Assembly (NCBI GenBank): GCA_002787355.1
Contig: PCWN01000003.1
Coordinates: 8,606 to 72,605 of the forward strand
Direction: 5' to 3'
Origin: Candidatus Magasanikbacteria bacterium CG11_big_fil_rev_8_21_14_0_20_39_34
GTDB taxonomy: Bacteria > Patescibacteriota > Patescibacteriia > Magasanikbacterales > UBA922
DNA: 64,000 bases
Positions 60,796 through 64,000 of this stretch are shown in pieces. How positions within the stretch are numbered: position 1 is the stretch's first letter; every line of letters starts with the position of its first letter. Under the pieces are notes generated by a model. The model saw only the letters and a list, made by a program, of their open reading frames with translations. It was not told where the DNA came from and searched no databases. Made by a program: the position numbers and the translations under genes.

Positions 60796-61749
60796 ATGCC
60801 ATTTATTGATCTTGTTGTGGGTGGACCGGACATGAGTGGAACCGGAACACAAATTGAAGACATTATTTCTTTTTTTCAAAGTAAAGGGAAAAAAGTTCGT
60901 GATATGCGCAGAACAGAAGTTGATGCGCTTTTTCATGCAGAAATTTTTTCCCATATAAACCAAAACCACGTTAACCTAGGAAGCTTTTTGAGTGATGAAA
61001 GTATAGACCATGATGACAAAATTGCTTTTCTCTGGCAAGCATATGAACTCCTCTCCGGTGGTGGAACCAATGAAGACCTCAAAATTGCATCCTGTGTAAA
61101 AAATTTGGTGAGCAGCTATATAAATCCAAACAGTAGTGACGTATGGATATTTGAAGAACCCACCAAACGCGCAGCCGGGCAAAAAAATAGAGCTATAGAG
61201 CAACACAGAAGCCAGTACGAAAGCGAGACCGACCCAATTGCAGCGGCACTTTCACACCAAAATTATCGGATTGACGAGTTTCTTCGTTTTAGACGAGTCC
61301 TACGTCAAAAAGGAAAAATTATTATTCGCTCCCGTTCCGAAGAGTCTGCTTGTTATCAAATTTATCATCCGCAAAAATTAAAAAATGGAATTTCTCTGAA
61401 AGATTACCTTTCCCTTCCGGGACATAAAATTGCCTTCTCTCACCCCCCAACACATATATTTATTGTATGTGCTCCCAAAAATTGGACTAAAGATGAATAT
61501 CTTGAACTCAAAAAACAACGAAGTGGAAACCGACTCGTAGATGATTATGAGTCAAAAGCGGAATACCAGCTTCTCGTGAACTTTCGCTATGCCTCTTTGT
61601 GGGTAGAGAAACTCTATGAAGTTGGATGTGCACTCTATGGTGCAAAACCCCCTCAAATTATCCGTTTTGATATCTATAAGCCAAAAGAGGTTATAAAATT
61701 GGAAATGCAAAAAGCGCTTGAGACTATTCTTGAAAAATCTTTTGAATAA
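60796..61749 (+). CDS. thymidylate-kinase-like protein with lysine-less P-loop
   Basis: The N-terminal VVGGPDMSGTGTQ aligns to the dTMP-kinase P-loop (GxDGxGKxTQ), but Lys/Ser-Thr are replaced by T-G-T. IIRSRSEESACYQ resembles the DRY..S.AYQ lid region. Confidence 0.4.
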   Translation: MPFIDLVVGGPDMSGTGTQIEDIISFFQSKGKKVRDMRRTEVDALFHAEIFSHINQNHVNLGSFLSDESIDHDDKIAFLWQAYELLSGGGTNEDLKIASCVKNLVSSYINPNSSDVWIFEEPTKRAAGQKNRAIEQHRSQYESETDPIAAALSHQNYRIDEFLRFRRVLRQKGKIIIRSRSEESACYQIYHPQKLKNGISLKDYLSLPGHKIAFSHPPTHIFIVCAPKNWTKDEYLELKKQRSGNRLVDDYESKAEYQLLVNFRYASLWVEKLYEVGCALYGAKPPQIIRFDIYKPKEVIKLEMQKALETILEKSFE

Positions 61750-61856
61750 TAACCACTTTTTTGATATACTAAAAAGGTACGAGAAACACTCTTCAGTAGA
61801 CAGAACGGAATATTTTTTATTGCACTTTGTCTATTGTTCTTTGTAACCTTCCTTGT

Positions 61857-62891
61857 ATGCTTGAAACTTTAAAAAAATACCACCGCTATACCTATGGCAT
61901 AGCTTATGTTTTTTTTATTCTTATTCTCCTTTTGCTTTTGAAATATTTGAGCAGCCAACCAATTGTTTTTTTGGCCCTTTTTATTTATGGAAGTTTTGCT
62001 ATAAACTGGTTTTATGCTCGTTTTCTCAATGTTCCTATCCTCCCCCATGTGCTGGCATCCACTTTTAGTCCTATAGGCTTCTTTTATCTGATGGGTTATT
62101 CCCATGAGCTCCCCAATACTTGGAGCTTTATAAAAGGGACCATAGATCTCTACCGGCACAATATGAAAATTTTTTTGGAATATTCACTTGTATTTTTCAT
62201 CTTTAGTGTAGTCGTAACATCCCTTTCTACCTACATTGAAGTATGGGAAAACCATATTGGGAATACCTCCGGGATACTTTTAGGAATTTTTCTTTTATTC
62301 CGTCTTCTTGTAATTCTTTTTGGTTTTGTGCTCTCTATTGCCTTTTTGCGAGTTGTTGCCGCACGGATTATTGGCGTTGCTCCACATCATATGTCTTCTG
62401 AAATTTTTGATGCCTTTTCTCTCTTCTGGTCTTGTGTCTTTGTGACACTTGTCCTTATGGTACTCCTTTTTGTCCTCAATATTACACAGGCCTTTTTTCC
62501 AATATTTATCTTCCTGGCAATTCTTATTATTTGGTTTATTTTCTCCATCCATGCCGTTGTGATAGAAAATATCCGCGGGTTTTCCGCCTTTGGATATAGT
62601 AAAAAATTAGTCCGTGGAAGAGCCTGGTCCGTTCTCTGGATTCTCGTTGCTTTGACAGGACTCTTTGCCTTTATTGCGTACTTTATACAAGGTATACTGG
62701 TGGCCCCATTTTTTGACATGCTCTTACAGGTGGTCTCAACGGGAAGTAGTTTCTCAATTATTTTGAACAATATTTTTGCTCTTATCAATGCATTTGTTCA
62801 AACCATGCTCATGCCTCTATATGCCTTTATTCCGTCTACCCTTCTTTACTTCCAACTCAAAAGACTCCATGAAGAAAAAAAAGAAGTATGA
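61857..62891 (+). CDS. hypothetical polytopic membrane protein
   Basis: About 8 hydrophobic helices. The ORF-track start at 61827 is a TTG; the Met at 61857 is preferred. Confidence 0.5.
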   Translation: MLETLKKYHRYTYGIAYVFFILILLLLLKYLSSQPIVFLALFIYGSFAINWFYARFLNVPILPHVLASTFSPIGFFYLMGYSHELPNTWSFIKGTIDLYRHNMKIFLEYSLVFFIFSVVVTSLSTYIEVWENHIGNTSGILLGIFLLFRLLVILFGFVLSIAFLRVVAARIIGVAPHHMSSEIFDAFSLFWSCVFVTLVLMVLLFVLNITQAFFPIFIFLAILIIWFIFSIHAVVIENIRGFSAFGYSKKLVRGRAWSVLWILVALTGLFAFIAYFIQGILVAPFFDMLLQVVSTGSSFSIILNNIFALINAFVQTMLMPLYAFIPSTLLYFQLKRLHEEKKEV

Positions 62892-63517
62892 TAGATAGAT
62901 TTCAAAAACCTTCTGCCCCACTTTCAAGTATCATGAGTACCAATACCATTCGTGCAAAAAAATCTTTGTACTCTATTGTTCGAGATGTAAAAAAAACGCT
63001 CCCAGGGGAAAATCTGACGCATAAAAAAATGATTGCAAAAACTATCTATAAACTCAATAATGACCCCCATGCCGTAGTAACCAATAGAATGACCAAAGCA
63101 GCCGTAAAAGCATTGGGTGAGGCTGGGCATCTAAAAGGAAAATGGCACCAAAATGTTGGGGCAGCTATCACGCATGTAAAGCACATGCATGAAAAAACTT
63201 CCTCAAACACCGATACTTCCCACATGTCCCCGGAAGAGCGGTTAAAAAATGCCAAAACCTGGGAAGAAAAAAAAGCCGCACAAAAAGCCGAATCCATTCA
63301 AAGGAGACGACTGGAAGCGCGTGCAAGACAGGCAAGACAAGAAGCAGAGGACCAAGAAAAGGGAACAAAATTAGGACTCAAAGAATGGCAAGAATCTACT
63401 ACCTCCATAGGTGAAGCGGTAAAACAAAAAGAACGAGAACGAAAAAATCAAGCCGAACAAGATATGAGTGAACTGGAGCGACAAAGCAAGCAAATTATAG
63501 ATATGTCCATTGACTAA
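62888..63517 (+). CDS. hypothetical basic protein with Lys/Arg/Glu-rich C-terminus
   Basis: 209 aa. Overlaps the previous stop by 4 nt (ATGA). Confidence 0.45.
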   Translation: MIDRFQKPSAPLSSIMSTNTIRAKKSLYSIVRDVKKTLPGENLTHKKMIAKTIYKLNNDPHAVVTNRMTKAAVKALGEAGHLKGKWHQNVGAAITHVKHMHEKTSSNTDTSHMSPEERLKNAKTWEEKKAAQKAESIQRRRLEARARQARQEAEDQEKGTKLGLKEWQESTTSIGEAVKQKERERKNQAEQDMSELERQSKQIIDMSID

Positions 63518-63530
63518 ATATTCAACACCA

Positions 63531-63563
63531 AAAAAACCCATTAGATAGCTGATGGGTTTTTTA
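63531..63563. terminator. bidirectional rho-independent terminator
   Basis: Stem AAACCCAT/ATGGGTTT with a 10-nt loop, flanked by an A-run and a T-run. Sits between convergent genes. Confidence 0.5.
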
Positions 63564-63583
63564 TTTCTCTTTACCTCATTTTT

Positions 63584-64000
63584 TCATTCCTTCCACTCCA
63601 CTCCCCTTTTTTCAAATTTTTCTTTTAAGTCTTCTTTTAGCATTTCAAACATAGTCTCTATAGGTTCCTTCTTTCCCAGTGCATCACAAAAACTTTTTAC
63701 TGCAAATGCTGGATAATAACTATGGAAAATTTCTAGGGTATATTTTTCTACCCCATGTTCATTCAAATGAATAAAACTCTCTAGCTTATCCAGTGCATTT
63801 ATAAACTTTGCTTCCAAGGTTTTTTGTTCCTTGTATTCTTCCCACAAATCATACATGGTTTGAGAAGAAAAAAAGGTATCACTAAAGTTTCCCATAAAAA
63901 CAGCCTCTTGATGATTTTTTTCTTCACGACTTACTTTTCCATTTAAAACGTCCACCGCATCTTTATCACCCGTGTATACTTCTGGCAAATCATGAACTAA
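63584..64000 (-). CDS. HD-domain phosphohydrolase, YfbR-like 5'-deoxynucleotidase (partial, continues past window end)
   Basis: In-frame upstream codons at the window edge read HDLPEVYTGD, the HD-domain metal motif. No stop before position 64000. The ORF-track Met at 63988 is a TTG. Confidence 0.6.
   Translation of the reverse strand, partial: LVHDLPEVYTGDKDAVDVLNGKVSREEKNHQEAVFMGNFSDTFFSSQTMYDLWEEYKEQKTLEAKFINALDKLESFIHLNEHGVEKYTLEIFHSYYPAFAVKSFCDALGKKEPIETMFEMLKEDLKEKFEKRGVEWKE

Overview
The window is AT-rich (by eye about one-third G+C) with a standard genetic code and dense, short-spaced genes. Gene content resembles a reduced-genome, CPR/Patescibacteria-like bacterium, though I cannot assign a taxon. 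The recognisable backbone is: an oxidative pentose-phosphate cluster (pgl, zwf, gnd, cupin, pgi, grx, tal); a NhaD/ArsB-type permease with a CBS-pair protein; NDH-2, trpS, RNase J, an OppA-like binding protein and secG; rpmE, prfA and prmC, with a GT-C glycosyltransferase inserted between prfA and prmC; a NUDIX hydrolase, L25, a SEDS protein (RodA/FtsW) and gyrB; secE, nusG and rplK, then a 2-hydroxyacid dehydrogenase and a DUF333/Kazal-like lipoprotein before rplA, which has its own promoter and a structured leader; and a thymidylate/dNTP module (dCMP deaminase, a P-loop kinase, dut, then thyA, folA, a tmk-like protein and an HD-domain 5'-nucleotidase).

Two things do not fit that backbone. 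(1) A 16-kb operon of five consecutive giant ORFs (921, 584, 785, 1276 and 1749 aa; no signal peptides or TM helices; no recognisable catalytic domains apart from one) splits the thymidylate module between dut and thyA. One of its proteins carries 29 Glu-Pro dipeptides followed by calcineurin/PPP-type metallophosphatase motifs, and two carry MORN-like repeats. (2) Four sharply bounded G+C-rich islands sit in the AT-rich genome, each fused to a native-style consensus promoter and Shine-Dalgarno and each followed by a short C-rich tail. One island encodes an actinobacterial-type class A PBP and a secreted partner; the others encode small membrane proteins. Promoters throughout are strikingly close to the TTGACA-17-TATAAT consensus.
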